From Octopus vulgaris (lineage: Eukaryota), in assembly GCA_951406725.2 (NCBI GenBank), contig OX597816.1:58156001-58220000 (forward strand): a stretch of 64,000 nucleotides of DNA. The letters are read 5' to 3'. Each line of letters starts with the position of its first letter. Within the stretch, counting starts at the first letter, position 1. Below, piece after piece: positions 38,518 through 52,299 of the stretch. Under the pieces are notes generated by a model, which saw nothing but the letters and a program-made list of their open reading frames with translations, had not been told where the DNA came from and searched no databases. Position numbers and translations under genes: made by a program.

Positions 38518-39485
38518 CCTGCTCGCTTAGCCAGCGGGGTGGCGTCATTGAAGGCTAAAACAATGCGAAGCGCATGGTGACCAGCGATGTGTAGCAACAT
38601 CTGATGGCCTGGTCGGTCACGTGATCACGTGATATATATATATATATGATATATATACTCATGTATATATACGCGTTTATTTTTATCTCTGTGTGTATGC
38701 ATGGTGCCATGTAAACTGATGACACACGTGTGCTCTTTCGTCAGGACATCTTTATATTTATATTTTCCCTATCTTTCCTTCGTTTTCCACTCCCTATTTA
38801 TATTCTGCAAAGCAAAAAGATAAATAAATAAATAAATAAATAAATAAATAGGGACAATATTCGAAACCTCATAATTTACTCTCTCCACTTCTCTGAATGT
38901 CAAAATAATTTTGATGGTGAACCAATCTTGTTTTCTCTTTTGTATTTTCATTCTCTCTCCTTCTCTCTTCCCCTCCCTCTCTTTGTTAGTACACACACAC
39001 ACACACATACACACACAAACATATGTGTTTGTGTTTGTGTATATATATATATATATGCGTGTATGTTTGTGTGTCTGTGTTTGTCCCATCCAGCATCGCT
39101 TAACAACCGATGCTGGTGTGTTTATGTCCCCGTCACTTCGGCAAAAGAGACCGATAGAATAAGTACTAGGCCAACAAAGAATATGTCCCGGGGTCGAGTT
39201 GCTCGATTAAAGGCGGTGCTCCAGCATGGCCGCAGTCAAATGACTGAAACATGTAAAAGAGTAGAGTAAAGAGTATATATATATATATATATTTATTTAT
39301 GTGTGTGTGTGTAAAGGTATGTGGCTTAGTGGTTAGGGCATTCGGCTCATGATCGTAAGGTCGTGAGTTCAATTCCCGGTGACGTGTCTGTGGGATGCTC
39401 AACCCCTTGCACGTTAATTTCACGAGCTGGCTGTTCTGCTGATCACATCAGCCGGAACCCTCGTCGTCGCAACTGACGGAGTGCT

Positions 39486-39559
<74 letters not shown>

Positions 39560-40304
39560 GCAAAACAGGGTCTACAAAACATCCAGACAGGCGATACAAA
39601 GAAAACAAGGACGAGTCATTCGGAGTTTTCTTTCCTCAATCGAGTTCCAGATTATCTTTGCAACTCGTTTTTCCAGCGTTCATCACTTCACATCGTCTTG
39701 ACTTAACAGCCCTCACCGTTTGTTTGTACTGTTTTGTTCTCTCTGTCCTGTTTTTGCTACCGCTTTAACCCTCCGCAAATCCCAAGTTTTATTTAATCTG
39801 CTTTGCGGGAACGACTGTTTTAACGAAGTCGCGTCTTATCCCTACCTTCGAAACGCGGAGTAGATAAAGCAGGCGACAACTGATGAAGGGGAATGTTCTT
39901 TATGTTGCCTGTCTCGTTTCTCTGCTTGTTTGTTTCCTTCGTTGTTCGAAAAATGTTCGTTTTCTATATTGTTCGTTTTTAATTTTCTCGTTTCTTATTT
40001 TGCCTACGTTTTTTATGTCCTGTACCCATATATGCATGTATATATACATATATATGTAGGTATGTACATATATGTATGTATATATGCAACCTGCATGGGT
40101 TGTTGAGTATCGCTGTTTGGGAGATTTTCTTATGGTAGTGAAATAGTTAGTCTTAACTGCTATTTCTAAATTTCGGTATGTGGCAAAATTATAATTATAA
40201 TTATACTCATAATTATAAAATTTCTGTATATATATATTTTCATGTATAGATAGATAGCTAGCTCGCTAGATAGATAGGTAGATAGCTAGCTCGCTAGATA
40301 GATA

Positions 40305-40306
40305 GG

Positions 40307-40381
<75 letters not shown>

Positions 40382-40382
40382 G

Positions 40383-40480
<98 letters not shown>
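40305..40480. repeat. (ATAG)n microsatellite
   Basis: Directly visible. Confidence 0.97.
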
Positions 40481-40573
40481 CTATAAATATGTAGGTGTGT
40501 GTACATGCCTTCGTGTGTCATTTTCTTTTCACATGCGTTGTCTTTGGTGATCGTCGACAAAATAAATAATATA

Positions 40574-40615
<42 letters not shown>

Positions 40616-40616
40616 C

Positions 40617-40808
40617 CTGAAATTTTGGAGGAAGGGGCCTAGTCGATTACATCGACCCTAGTGTTTCACTGATACTTAGTTTATCGACTCCGAAAGGATG
40701 AAAAGCAAAGTCGACCTCGGCGGAATTTTGAACTCAGAATGTAACGACGGGCAAAATACCGCTAAGCATTTCGTCCAGCGTGTTAACAATTCTGTCAGTT
40801 GGCTGCCA
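40617..40808 (-). mobile_element. SINE family B
   Basis: CCGAAAGGATGAAAAGCAAAGTCGACCTCGGCGGAATT...ACCGCTAAGCATTTCG. Confidence 0.85.
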
Positions 40809-41671
40809 ATTTATACATAAACACTAAAACAAATGTTCGTTTCGACTGAGTACTTAGTCAAATAAACGACTTGTTACTATTTCCGAGGGAGATTTCCCAC
40901 TAGATTTTCACGGAAGTCTCTCAAAGCCGTCTTACTCAATGAACCACGTGCGTGATGGACACATAGCATTTAAATATTCGGTGATGATATTTTGCAAACA
41001 ACTTGCACATGCAAGTGCTACCAGTTGAGAACTCCGCATACCGGAAGCCAGCAAATGTATGGGGTCATCAGGAGAGAATGTATGCCGTTTCGGGGCCTAC
41101 CTCTCGACGGCATCAATACACGCCAACCCCCTTCACTGATATGCGGCCCCGCTTGCTAGATCAACTGGTTATCAAATACAGCTCAATATTCTTCTAGCCA
41201 TCGCTCATCGTCTCTTTTTAACCAAATCCAGTGGCTAGCCTTCTCCACTGTAGTTTGGATATTGGACATGGTGGTATTTATTTTACGATGAGTTAGACTT
41301 AACGATAACAACCGTCGTCTCACATTATGTAGTAATACCAACGACGAAAAGCAACAGCGATCTGCATATTCACGTTCGAATCTGTCAGAATGTATTGAGA
41401 ATGATCAGATACATTATTATTGAGACTTCGTACAAGTTTCTCAATATTTTTTTTTTCACATCCATAAAAAATCGCTACTTTTAAACGATTTCATTTCCTC
41501 AGGAAATATGAACTGGTTTATTTTTCTTTATAAATGTTACACGTTTTGCAGTAGTTTTGTAACTAGAATACTTAATTAAAATTTTATTTTATCGAGTAAA
41601 ACTGCAGGATCGGCAGTAGTTTTACCCGAGAGGAAATTTCCAACCAGAAAATATACTCGTTTTCAACACAT

Positions 41672-41757
<86 letters not shown>

Positions 41758-41759
41758 AC

Positions 41760-41852
<93 letters not shown>

Positions 41853-41877
41853 AAACACACGCACGCACGCACGCACA
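41672..41877. repeat. (CA)n microsatellite
   Basis: Directly visible. Confidence 0.97.
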
Positions 41878-42276
41878 CAGAGTGAATCTAGTTTTTGTTA
41901 TTCTAAACTGATATAACATAGGTTTGTTGTTTACTGTACCTGACTGGCACTCAGTTGGCCCTCCCTACCGGTCAGTCATTTAAGTACCAGCACGGCAAGA
42001 CATTTCCTCTCTTTCAATGATCGGTTGGCGGAGGACGTGTTAACAGCGCCAATCGCCTGTATCCATTTTATGTACACGTTCTATGAAAATATACAGCACA
42101 CCAGTTTCTACATTCACGCACGCACACGAACCATACATATCAGCAGCCACACACATTATTCAAACACACACACACACTCATGGTACTTATCACAAAATAT
42201 TGCAAATACAAGGACAAAAACGCATTTACACATATTATAGTTAAATACGTGAGTGCTCATGCGTGTGTGCGTGCAC

Positions 42277-42322
<46 letters not shown>

Positions 42323-42466
42323 GAGGGTACTATTATTCATAGGTACCGCACGCTATATAACATAAATAAGTATTTTCAAAGTTGAAAAAATTTACAGATT
42401 TTTTCTCTTACGAAGTTTTTCACGCTAACTACTTGATAATTTCTTATAAAGATTTTATCCTATTTT

Positions 42467-42503
<37 letters not shown>

Positions 42504-42589
42504 CTAATATAGGATAAAATTTTTTTTGGGAAAAAATTTTTATCAATGGCCAGCATATCAAAAAATACCTTTAAAGGTTAAATTTATAA

Positions 42590-42776
42590 ATAATTTACAA
42601 GATAAGGGCAAAAGAAAAATTCTAATGCCAAATATGCTGAAAAAAAGACAAAACTTTTCAATAACCATTATAATTTAATTTATAATTTATAATTTATAAA
42701 TTATAATGGTTATTGAAAAGTTTTGTCTTTTTTCGGCATATTTGGCATTAGAAGTCTTCTTTTGCCCTTATCTTGT

Positions 42777-42783
<7 letters not shown>
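42590..42783. repeat. Near-perfect ~87-bp-arm inverted repeat, 21-bp spacer
   Basis: 42590-42676 is the reverse complement of 42698-42783 with a few mismatches. Confidence 0.92.
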
Positions 42784-42856
<73 letters not shown>

Positions 42857-43263
42857 TGTGTGTGTGTGCGCGTGTGTGTGCGTGTGTATACACGCATGCA
42901 TGTATGCATATGTATATGTTTAAGTATATATATATATAGGCGCAGGAGTGGCTGTGTGGCGAGTAGCTTGCTTCCAAATCACATGGTCCCGGGTTCAGTC
43001 TCACTGCGTGGCACCTTGGGCAAGTGTCTTCTACTATAGCCTCGGACCGACCAAAGCCTTGTGAGTGAATTTGGTACTCTTGATTCTGATGCAGTTTTTG
43101 TTTCTTTAGTAGAAACCAGCCACCTCCTTCTAGAAAAATACTAATAGATAAAAATAAAAAAATAAATATACACACATAGATATAATAATATAATATATAG
43201 ATATATGCATATATACACACATATATGTACATACCTACATATATATGTATATTATATACATGC

Positions 43264-43306
<43 letters not shown>

Positions 43307-44721
43307 AGGGTACAGGACATAAAAAAACGTCAACAAAATGAGAAACGAGAACATAAAAAGCAAAACAATTAGAAAACGAACTTTTTTCGAACAACGAAAG
43401 AAACAAACAGGGAAACAACCGGTGAGGGCTATTAAACTAAGACGGTGTGAAGTGGTGAACGCTGAGAAAACGAGCTTTGAGACGAGACAGGCAAAAACAC
43501 GTCTTGTCTTTAGGAAGGAAGTGGAAGAAAGAAAGATGGACAATCGTTGATCACGTGTGAGGAAGAAGGAGAGGAAGAGTGGAGAGAGGGAACAGTGAAG
43601 GGGAGAGGAGAAGAATATGGAAAGGGTGGGAGAGAAAAACAGAAAGGAAAAAAATCAAGAGAGGAAGATACATAGAAAGAGTCGAGAGAGATACATACAT
43701 ACATACATGCGTGCATTAATATATGATTATGTTAGTAAACATCTAAGACACAAACCTGGAGAATCTTGGATTTTCAAGCAAAGAAAGAGATCGACTAATA
43801 CGGGCTTTACAGATACGATATATAAGTCGAAGAGTAAAAATATTCAAGACTTTTTGAAAGTTCGATCTATAACAATTATCGTCGTTGTTATCCAAACTTC
43901 AGTGATAGAGCTGTTATTGCTTTGTTAGAAATCAGATTCTAGGTGGTAGTAGTAGTAGTAGTAGTAGTAGCAGCAGCAGGTGGAGTAGTAGTAGTAGTAG
44001 TAGCAGCAGCAGGTGGAGTAGTAGTAGTAGTAGTAGCAGCAGCAGGTGGAGTAGTAGTAGTAGTATGGGGTAGGGCATGCGCTGTAACATCGCGTCACTG
44101 CATCGACCATTTGCTGGTGATTTCCAACTCCTGGCCAATGACACCTTTGCACTACACAGGTGACAACTCGCCAACCTACGGGTCCTTTTTCGGGTAGTCG
44201 ATGTTGGTGAGGGTTTTACGAGGTCACAGTGCAACCACATTTAGTCGCCTTTTACGACACGCAAAGGAAACTTGGGGGCCAGTTTTTTTTTTTTGGCATG
44301 CCGATCCCCACACAAGACGCTAAATAAACAGAATTCTTTTACTGGTTTCAGTCATTTGTCAGCGGCCATGCTAGTGCACTGCCTTTAGTCGAACGAATCG
44401 ACCCCAGGACTTATTCTTACTAAGCCTGGTGCTTATTCTACCGGTTTGTTTTGTCGAACTACTAGATTACAGGGACGTAAACACACCAATATCGGTTGTC
44501 AAACGATGGTGGGGTGGCAAACACAGACACAAACATATGCATACATACATACATACATACATACATACATACATACATACATACATACATACATACAGTG
44601 GCCCAGCAACAAAATTTGCTAACGAGGTGCAAACCCAGCTACTAATTTTTTTTATGAAAACTGTGGATTTTTCCAATGTTAACATTAAAACAAATGCAGG
44701 TATAATAATAATTTTTATTAT

Positions 44722-45210
44722 TATGAGGGTCGGCTGAAATGTTCAAAATCTGAGCAAGACACTCTCAATGGAATGTGACCAAATGAAGTTCATTTTCTAA
44801 CATAGTTCCTCTTACTGTCCACACACTTCCATTAGTAGTTGCAGTGCTTGGGTCGCACTGGTGAAGAAGCTTTTTGTTGATCAAAATGGTCATCAACAAC
44901 AGATAAGATGTTCTCATCTTATCTGATGCTCAGCTGAGTGTTTTTCTATGTTGGGAAACAGATGATAACCAGAAGGAACCAAATCACTAACATAGGGAGG
45001 ATGATCAACCAGTTCAAAGCCAGTCACATACAGCAGCCATTGAAACCAAGGACTTGTGTGCTGAAGCATTGTCCTAATGAAACAAGACCCCATTCATCAG
45101 TTTTTCTGGGTGTTTGGTCTTGATAGCTTTTCATAACTGCCTTAGGAAGTTGGTATTGAAATTTTCCATTGATGGTGTGATCATTTTGAAGATAGCCAAT
45201 AAACACACTA
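44722..45210 (-). mobile_element. Mariner-family DNA transposon, degenerate 3' fragment with TIR
   Basis: TIR-like TATGAGGGTCGGCTGAAATGTTC. The minus strand reads H*DNASAH and GFELVDHPPYVSDLVPSGYHLFPN (mariner HDNA and YSPDLAPxD motifs). Confidence 0.8.
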
Positions 45211-45657
45211 TTTTTTGCATTAATGCATATTATATATAATAATGTGAAGTATATTTTGCATATTAAAATGTTTAATTTTGGAAATGTATCAAGCAGATCT
45301 AAAATAAGCAGTCAAAATACAAATTGCAAGTATTTCAAAATGTGGGACACTGCATGACAAAAACTAACCAAAAAAAAAAAAAAGGAAGAAAATAGTGGTG
45401 CTTGTGTTTCAAAGGTACAATGAGAAGGCTCAGGAGAAGGATAGAAAGATGGGGTAGAGGGAAGGAAGTTAGAAGGAAAGAAAAGAATGAAAAGTGAAGG
45501 ACCAGAACACGTGTGTTTGAAAAACTGAACAACGAAGGCACTTGCACAAAAATACAATGCGTACGAACACGTTTTTCCAAAAGGTTTGTGACATTCTATT
45601 CTCGAATGTTTTTAAATAGTTAATAAATTATAATTAAAAAACCACTTACAAACACAC

Positions 45658-45706
<49 letters not shown>

Positions 45707-46324
45707 TGTTTTTTAATGGTTGAACTCGAAGTAGACTAACTATAAATAATAGGGTGTAAATATAGAGTTAAAAATCGTTTGGATAAAGAAAGTCGGAGGC
45801 CAATAAATTGTTGGCTGGTTGGCTGGTTGGCTGGTTGGCTGGTTGGCTGGTTGGTTGGTTGGTTGGCTGGCTGGTTGGTCGGCTAATTTCTCCATTCACG
45901 CTTTGCATCATATAGAGAAAAGAGGAGAGAGAGTGCAGAGAGGAGGAGAAAGGAGGAGCATGAGTGCACATTCTAGGCTTGGTGGCCGGCAATGAGTAAA
46001 AGAACGCTACTCACATATAAAAAGAAAAAGAGAATCACCAGAAAAAGAACCACAGAAACAGAGGAGAGGGAAGAGGAAGTAGAGGAGGAATAAATGACAG
46101 AGGACTTGTGGGAAGGGTTATACAAATGAGAAATACGATATATTTATTTAATTTTAATTTGAAGATAATAAATATTTATCTTTCGAAAATATATTTATTC
46201 ATTTCATCATTTTGTATAAGAACCAAGAAATTTGATAGAAGTTAAATTATTGTATGCATGCCATATATTACCTATGGTGCCAAAAGGTACCCGTGGTATT
46301 CTTATTACCTGACAGAAAGAGATG

Positions 46325-46395
<71 letters not shown>

Positions 46396-46890
46396 TGATG
46401 TGTGCGTGTGTGTTAAAACACTAAGGCTATGATTGATAGCGGAGAAGAAACAGGATGCTGTAGCGTTCATGCCAGCCCTAAGGACACGAAATGAAGGGGA
46501 GGATATTTACAACTTTATTCGTCAAGTGAAACCGAAAACCGCATCTTTGTCTAGACAGGAGCCACCTCCTTACCCTCCAACACTCTCTCCTCTGATATAC
46601 CTTACAATGTATCGGAAGTGTTAGATAGAAAAGGGAGTCGCAGAAGAAATCTGTTGACTGATGTGAACGGATAAAGCTTTAAGAGTGTCTCCCTGCCACG
46701 GGGACTAGGGATTCGTATGAATAATAACAACAGAATTTGACATAGATTTCAAATAAAAAGGTTTTCTTAAATTTAAATGAAGACAAATGATTATCTGATG
46801 TGCATACATAAAGAAGGTTCGAGAGAGACATGGAAAGAAAGAAACAGATTGAGACATAGAGACAGACTGGCGCACACGAAGAGTAACAAT

Positions 46891-46964
<74 letters not shown>

Positions 46965-47549
46965 CCAGTGTTGTCATGAGCTGGTTTACAAGTATTTTTC
47001 TTTCGACACATTTTTAGCTTTCCGCAGATGTTTCTGTCGATGTTTCACAAATTTGTGAACACGAGAGTACGAGTTCACGTGACCACAAAACTGAATGATG
47101 AACGCATATCTGAAACAGCCGAAAGCTTATAATAAATGTAGGGTAAAAAGCATGCTTCCCAACCACATGGTTTCGAGTTCAGTCCCACTGTGTGACACCT
47201 TGGGCAAGTGTCTTCTACTAAAGCCTTGGGCCGACCAAAGCCTTGTGAGTGGATTTGGTAGACAGAAACTGAAAGAAACCTGTGGTGTATATATATATAT
47301 ATTTATATATGTGTGTGTGTGTGTGTATGTTTGTATGTATATATGTATGTATGCAAGGGCCCGGGAACAGGGGGTGCACCAGCACCCTTGGAATTTTCAG
47401 GTGGTGCAAGATCAAAATTTGCACCTTCTACATAATTTTACCAGTTTCAGAAAATAGTGTCTAAAAAATTATCTGTATGAGATGCTTGAAGCTAGATTTC
47501 GTTTCAAAGCAAAAACAAAGAACCAAAATAAATAAATAAAAGTGATAAA

Positions 47550-47721
47550 AGGCGCAGGAGTGGCTGTGTGGTAAGTAGCTTGCTAACCAACCACATGGTT
47601 CCGGGTTCAGTCCCACTGCGTGGCATCTTGGGCAAGTGTCTTCTGCTATAGCCCCGGGCCGACCAATGCCTTGTGAGTGGATTTGGTAGACGGAAACTGA
47701 AAGAAGCCTGTCGTATATATG

Positions 47722-47763
<42 letters not shown>

Positions 47764-47978
47764 TGTGTCTGTGTTTGTCCCCCTAGCATTGCTTGACAAC
47801 CGATGCTGGTGTGTTTACGTCCCCGTCACTTAGCGGTTCGGCAAAAGAGACCGATAGAATAAGTACTAGGCTTACAAAGAATAAGTCCCGGGGTCGATTT
47901 GCCCGACTAAAAGGCGGTGCTCCAGCATGGCCGCAGTCAAATGACTGAAACAAGTAAAAGAGTAAAAGAGTAAAGAGT
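47550..47978 (+). mobile_element. tRNA-derived SINE family A, full-length reference copy
   Basis: GGCGCAGGAGTGGCTGTGTGG...GGTTCAGTCCC head, body, internal TA/TG tract, tail CAGTCAAATGACTG plus (AGTAAAAG)n. About 25 copies or fragments in the window. Confidence 0.92.
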
Positions 47979-48799
47979 AAGCTGGGCTTAAAATTCCCCA
48001 GGGAATTTATGACTAACCAACTTCTGAAGCAAGGTAGCGTCAAAATAAAAAATGTGACAACAACAGTAGCAGCAAACAACAAGAACAACAACATGACCAG
48101 CATCTACGGCTACTCTTCAATACATAGCATTACTTGGATTCTTGAAGACAGTTCTATTCTGACAAAAATAACTCCAAAATCTTGCAATGCTGAAAATGTG
48201 TGAAGGTTCTTGTCCTCTCTCAGTCTGTCACCTCTCTCAAGTTTTTTGTAGTTGATGTTGCTAAAAACTGACGACATGGTTGAATGGATTCGACTGTTTG
48301 ACCTCAGCCTAAAAATAAAAGCCCTTTAAAAATTCTTTCAGTCATATCGGTTTTCTCATTTAGGTTGTTAGGTCCAAAGTTTGACAAGGGAACAAAATGA
48401 TTTATTTTTATCTTTGATATTTAATGCTCATTGTTAAATGCTTTGATACCTATTGCTCATTCGAAATACTAGTCCAGCTTAATATAAAAAAAAGATTTTG
48501 AAAGGAAACATTTAACTATAAATGATTGCAGACCAAACCCGAAATTACCTAATTTGCAAAGAAATGTATTCGACAATTTCGGACTAATTTATATAAAAAG
48601 GAAATGATATTAAAAGCATTACCTACCGCCATCCTAACGCAGTTAACCACGAAGATCACTTCAGAGGTGCTATTTTTTTCTCATAAGTCTAACCCTACCT
48701 GAGGCCAGCACACAAGCTAATATACTTTTAACAGGGGTCTTTAATTTTACTAATCGGAGCTGGTCCGTAGAGGAAGTTGTTTTTAGTAATGGTGTTGAA

Positions 48800-50430
48800 T
48801 ATTTCAGGTTCTGTTTCGGATTTAAAATTTTTATAAAGTATTTTTCTTTTGCCTTTCAGGGTTGATCATTTTCATCTTTTATTTTGTAAAAAGAGAATAT
48901 TTCGAATTTTCCATTTGCAAAAATGGGAACATTTCTAAGAGATGACTCTTTAAACTGTTGTTTGTGTACGTTCACACAGTTAGTTTTGTTCCTGTTTCTC
49001 CAATGTAGTCTTCGTTGCATTGTGGACATATGATATTGTAGATGAAACTTTTTACTTTGCAATTCATGTTTGCATTCTTCACTTTCAGATCCTTCCTCAT
49101 TTCACTCGTTTCTCAATGAGGCTCCCCACAGTTTGTTACCTGAATTATTTCTTTCTCCGCTGCAAATCTCGCCTTTGTTAGGAGTCTTTTGGGATTTGGT
49201 GGTTGACTTTGGCTGTTGATGACTTATGATTTTTAAAATTACTTGTCAGAGATTTGATGATTGATGTAGAATTATAAGATATCCTTTGGCCGAATGTAGG
49301 ATGAAGTGGGGCCTAGGATTACGGGTGACAGCAAACGGAGGCCGAGATCAGGGTTTCTTTTGCTTTGGTCATGGTTTGATTTATTAGTTTTTTGGCGGGT
49401 ATTTCTGTTTTTCGAAGATCATATTTAGTTCTACCAGTCTTTTCACTCATCTGTTGGTGTCTGTAACTATTGAGCATAAACATCTTGTAATACTGAATGG
49501 TATATTCCTTTTCGTATGGGAAGGGTATGAAAGGGTGGCAAGATGTAAAATTTAAATATTTGTGCGTGTCGGTGTCCTTGCAGTAGAGATCGGTTGTAAC
49601 TGTCTCATTTTCTTTAATTATTAGAATGTCCAGAAAAGGAGTTTCCTTTCATTAATTTCTACGGCAAATGGAATCGATTCATAAATGCTGTTTATCAATT
49701 TAAGAAATCTTGCAAGGTCAAGCAATCATCCAAGGATCTTTTCCAGTTCCAGTTCCCTGTTAAATAAGATTGGAAATGTTATTCAAAAGTATTTCTAGAC
49801 AGGTATAAATTATTTACTTCCAGATATCTCATTACTAGTGCCGCAAAAGTTAGTGCGATGTTCGTCACCATTGCCGAACCTGATATTTGTAGGTAATATC
49901 GTTGTCAAAGAAGTAGTTATTTTCCAGTACCAACCGTAAACTTTTAAGTATAAGATCTCTTGGGAATCCCTTCTGAATTCTTTGTGGATATTTGTCTATC
50001 CAGAGTTCAGTCCTAATCCATAGAAGGGGAGATGCATGTGAAGAGACTGTTACGTCAGAACTAACAAGGATCGTCTCTTTATCTACTCTTTCTGGAATAT
50101 GGTGTAGGAAGCCATGTCATTTCTAATGAAACTAAAACCCAGCTTGCAGAAAAGGTTTCAAAATTGTCTCAAGCAAAATTGTCTTAATCGTTGAGTATAG
50201 CTGCAACAATTGAACGTAATTTTAGATCAGATGGCTTGGGAATCTTTTCATTTGGTACATGGAGGTCGTTTTAGCTGTTATTGATTTCTTTAGATTTATG
50301 GACTTTTGGAAGTCCGTAGAAGTTACTTGTTTTTACCAGCCTTTATCGCTGTCATTTTTGAATTTGTCCATTAATTTACTGATTTTACTCATTGCTCATT
50401 TATTTGCATTGATTTTTAATTTCTTTTTTT
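48800..50430 (-). pseudogene. Penelope-like element (Neptune-like, tentative) RT plus GIY-YIG, heavily degraded
   Basis: Minus-strand motifs across frameshifts: LRSIVAA, ILVSSDVT, VLENNYF, SAMVTNIALTFAALVMRYLE, TDLYCKDTDTHKYLNFTSCHP, FIYNIICPQCNEDYIGETG, EKYFIKILNPKQN. Confidence 0.8.
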
Positions 50431-51149
50431 GTAGAACTATTGGTAATTAAATATATAGCTTTTCATTCAAAAATGTTTGATAACCTCTGTATAATAATTA
50501 TATAATAATTGTCAGTAGGTTTGTTGGTTGGTTGACTGGTTGACTCTCAGTCACGCTTATATCGTATATAAAATGGAGAGAGAGAGAGAGTAAAAGGGAA
50601 ATACAGAGAAAATTTACATAAAATATGTAGGATGTGTGCACATTGTAAGTCTGGTGGCAGGCAATGAGTAAAAGAACGCTAAATCATACGAGAGAGAGAA
50701 TGAGAGGGAGTATGTATGTATACATATATGCGGAGAGAATGTGAGTGTGTGAGAGAGAGTGTGTGTATGAGAGAGAGTGTGTATGCGTGAGAGAGAATGT
50801 GTGTGTGTGTGAACTTTCATAATTAAAAACCAAGAGGAAAAGTAATTTTGTTTTCAATTAAAAAATTTATTTCAATATTTTAATTTATTTTATTTTAAGT
50901 TAATAAATGTTTTTCTTTTGTAAATTAATATTCATTTCATCATCTTGTGTAAACACCAAGGATCTTAGTCAAAGTTGAATTCTAGTTATTGTATGTACGC
51001 CATATTTCCTGATATTACCCATGATAGCTAAAGTATACTTCCGAGCTCTCTATCATATAACGAGTAACACAATATTTTATTTGTATTATTTTAGCAATCG
51101 GAGTATAATACCAGGAAGTGGAAGGGTGGTGTTAGAATAAAAAAACGGA

Positions 51150-51740
51150 AGAGAAATGAAAGAAAGAGGGAGTAAAAATGATGTCAGAGCAAAGGAAACC
51201 TAATGCGAAGTAATTTCAGTTTTAGTTGCATGTTCATTTGAGCAGTTTTAGTCCAGCGAAGATGGTGATTTTTAGTCTTGTAACGGATACTTCTTGAAAT
51301 GTCTGCATTTGCCGAATGTTTCAGAACTGGTATTTCAATAGGGGGTTTCAGTGTGTAGGTTTTTCACGAAATACCTTTATTTCAAGTGTACACAAATAAC
51401 ACCTTTTGTTTTAACTTTTGTAGCGTTCTAATCTCTTGATTTTGCATAGCAGAATTGTTTTTCGATTTTCAACAAAATGCATAATTGTTTCCAACAGCTC
51501 TTAAGTTAACACTTGAGACAGTTAGTCAAAAGGTATTGCTCATATCTGCCAGACAGAAGAGTTCGTTTCTGTGCCGAAATAGTCATTAAACATGTCTGTT
51601 TAACATCCGCTCTCATATCCATATAGACAAATATTTGACTTTTAAAATAACAGTTTGGTTATTTAGATATCCCGTGATCCCTGCCAACATTTCTTGTTCG
51701 GTATCAACGATCAATTTATAACAAATTTTTAAACTGATCC
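51150..51740 (-). pseudogene. Penelope-like GIY-YIG fragment (Nematis-like), degraded
   Basis: Minus strand gives KRCYLCTLE and ETFGKCRHFKKYPL, the same C-terminal Cys/His pattern as 35098-35442. Confidence 0.5.
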
Positions 51741-51778
51741 TTCTATGTTTCATGTGATGTGGTCAGTGGTAGAATTAA

Positions 51779-52135
51779 CCGTGGTGATCTCATTCTCGCT
51801 CACAACATCATAAGCGGAAAGTGTAACCTCTCGAAAGAGCTGTTCTTCACTCCTGCTCCAGAGCGTCGGCTGCGGGGTCATTCCGAAAAGCTCTACCTGC
51901 GACGATTTCATCTCAACCGAAGGAGAGGAGCTTTCTCCGTCCGGGTTGCGGATCCGTGGAACAAGCTGCCAGACGAGATGGTGAAGATGCCGACGACCGC
52001 TTTGTTCAAAGTCTCCCTTGACCTAAAGTGGCCTGAACTCTTTACATGAACACCACCCTGTACTTAACTCCATGTCCCCCTACATGGCCTTGCTATTTGC
52101 TTTTGAGCCAAAAATTAACTAACTAACTAACTAAC
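51779..52135 (+). mobile_element. CR1-clade LINE, 5'-truncated young-looking 3' end
   Basis: RGDLILAHNIISG...RLRGHSEKL...FSVRVADPWNKLP...FKVSLDLKW is uninterrupted. The 3' UTR has a CCATGT/ACATGG stem and a (CTAA)n tail. Confidence 0.88.
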
Positions 52136-52299
52136 GGATCGCCCTACTTATGTCATCACTTGATCCTTGAATACGAATGTTCAAGCTTAGCATCAGACAC
52201 CTCTATATCACTTACCCAAAAGTGAGACTGAGCCTTCAAAAATCCCTCTCTTCACTAACTTATCAAAAAAAAAAAGAGAAAAAATAGCATTGCATTAAA

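Noticed and set aside
37981-39895. Family G CTGATGAAGGGG plus TTCGAAAC as a hammerhead
   Set aside because: Both core words are present, but I could not build stems I and III around a valid NUH site in any topology.
46555-46680. Chromodomain-like peptide PYNVSEVLDRKG
   Set aside because: Short, stop-bounded and lacking the downstream aromatic residues.
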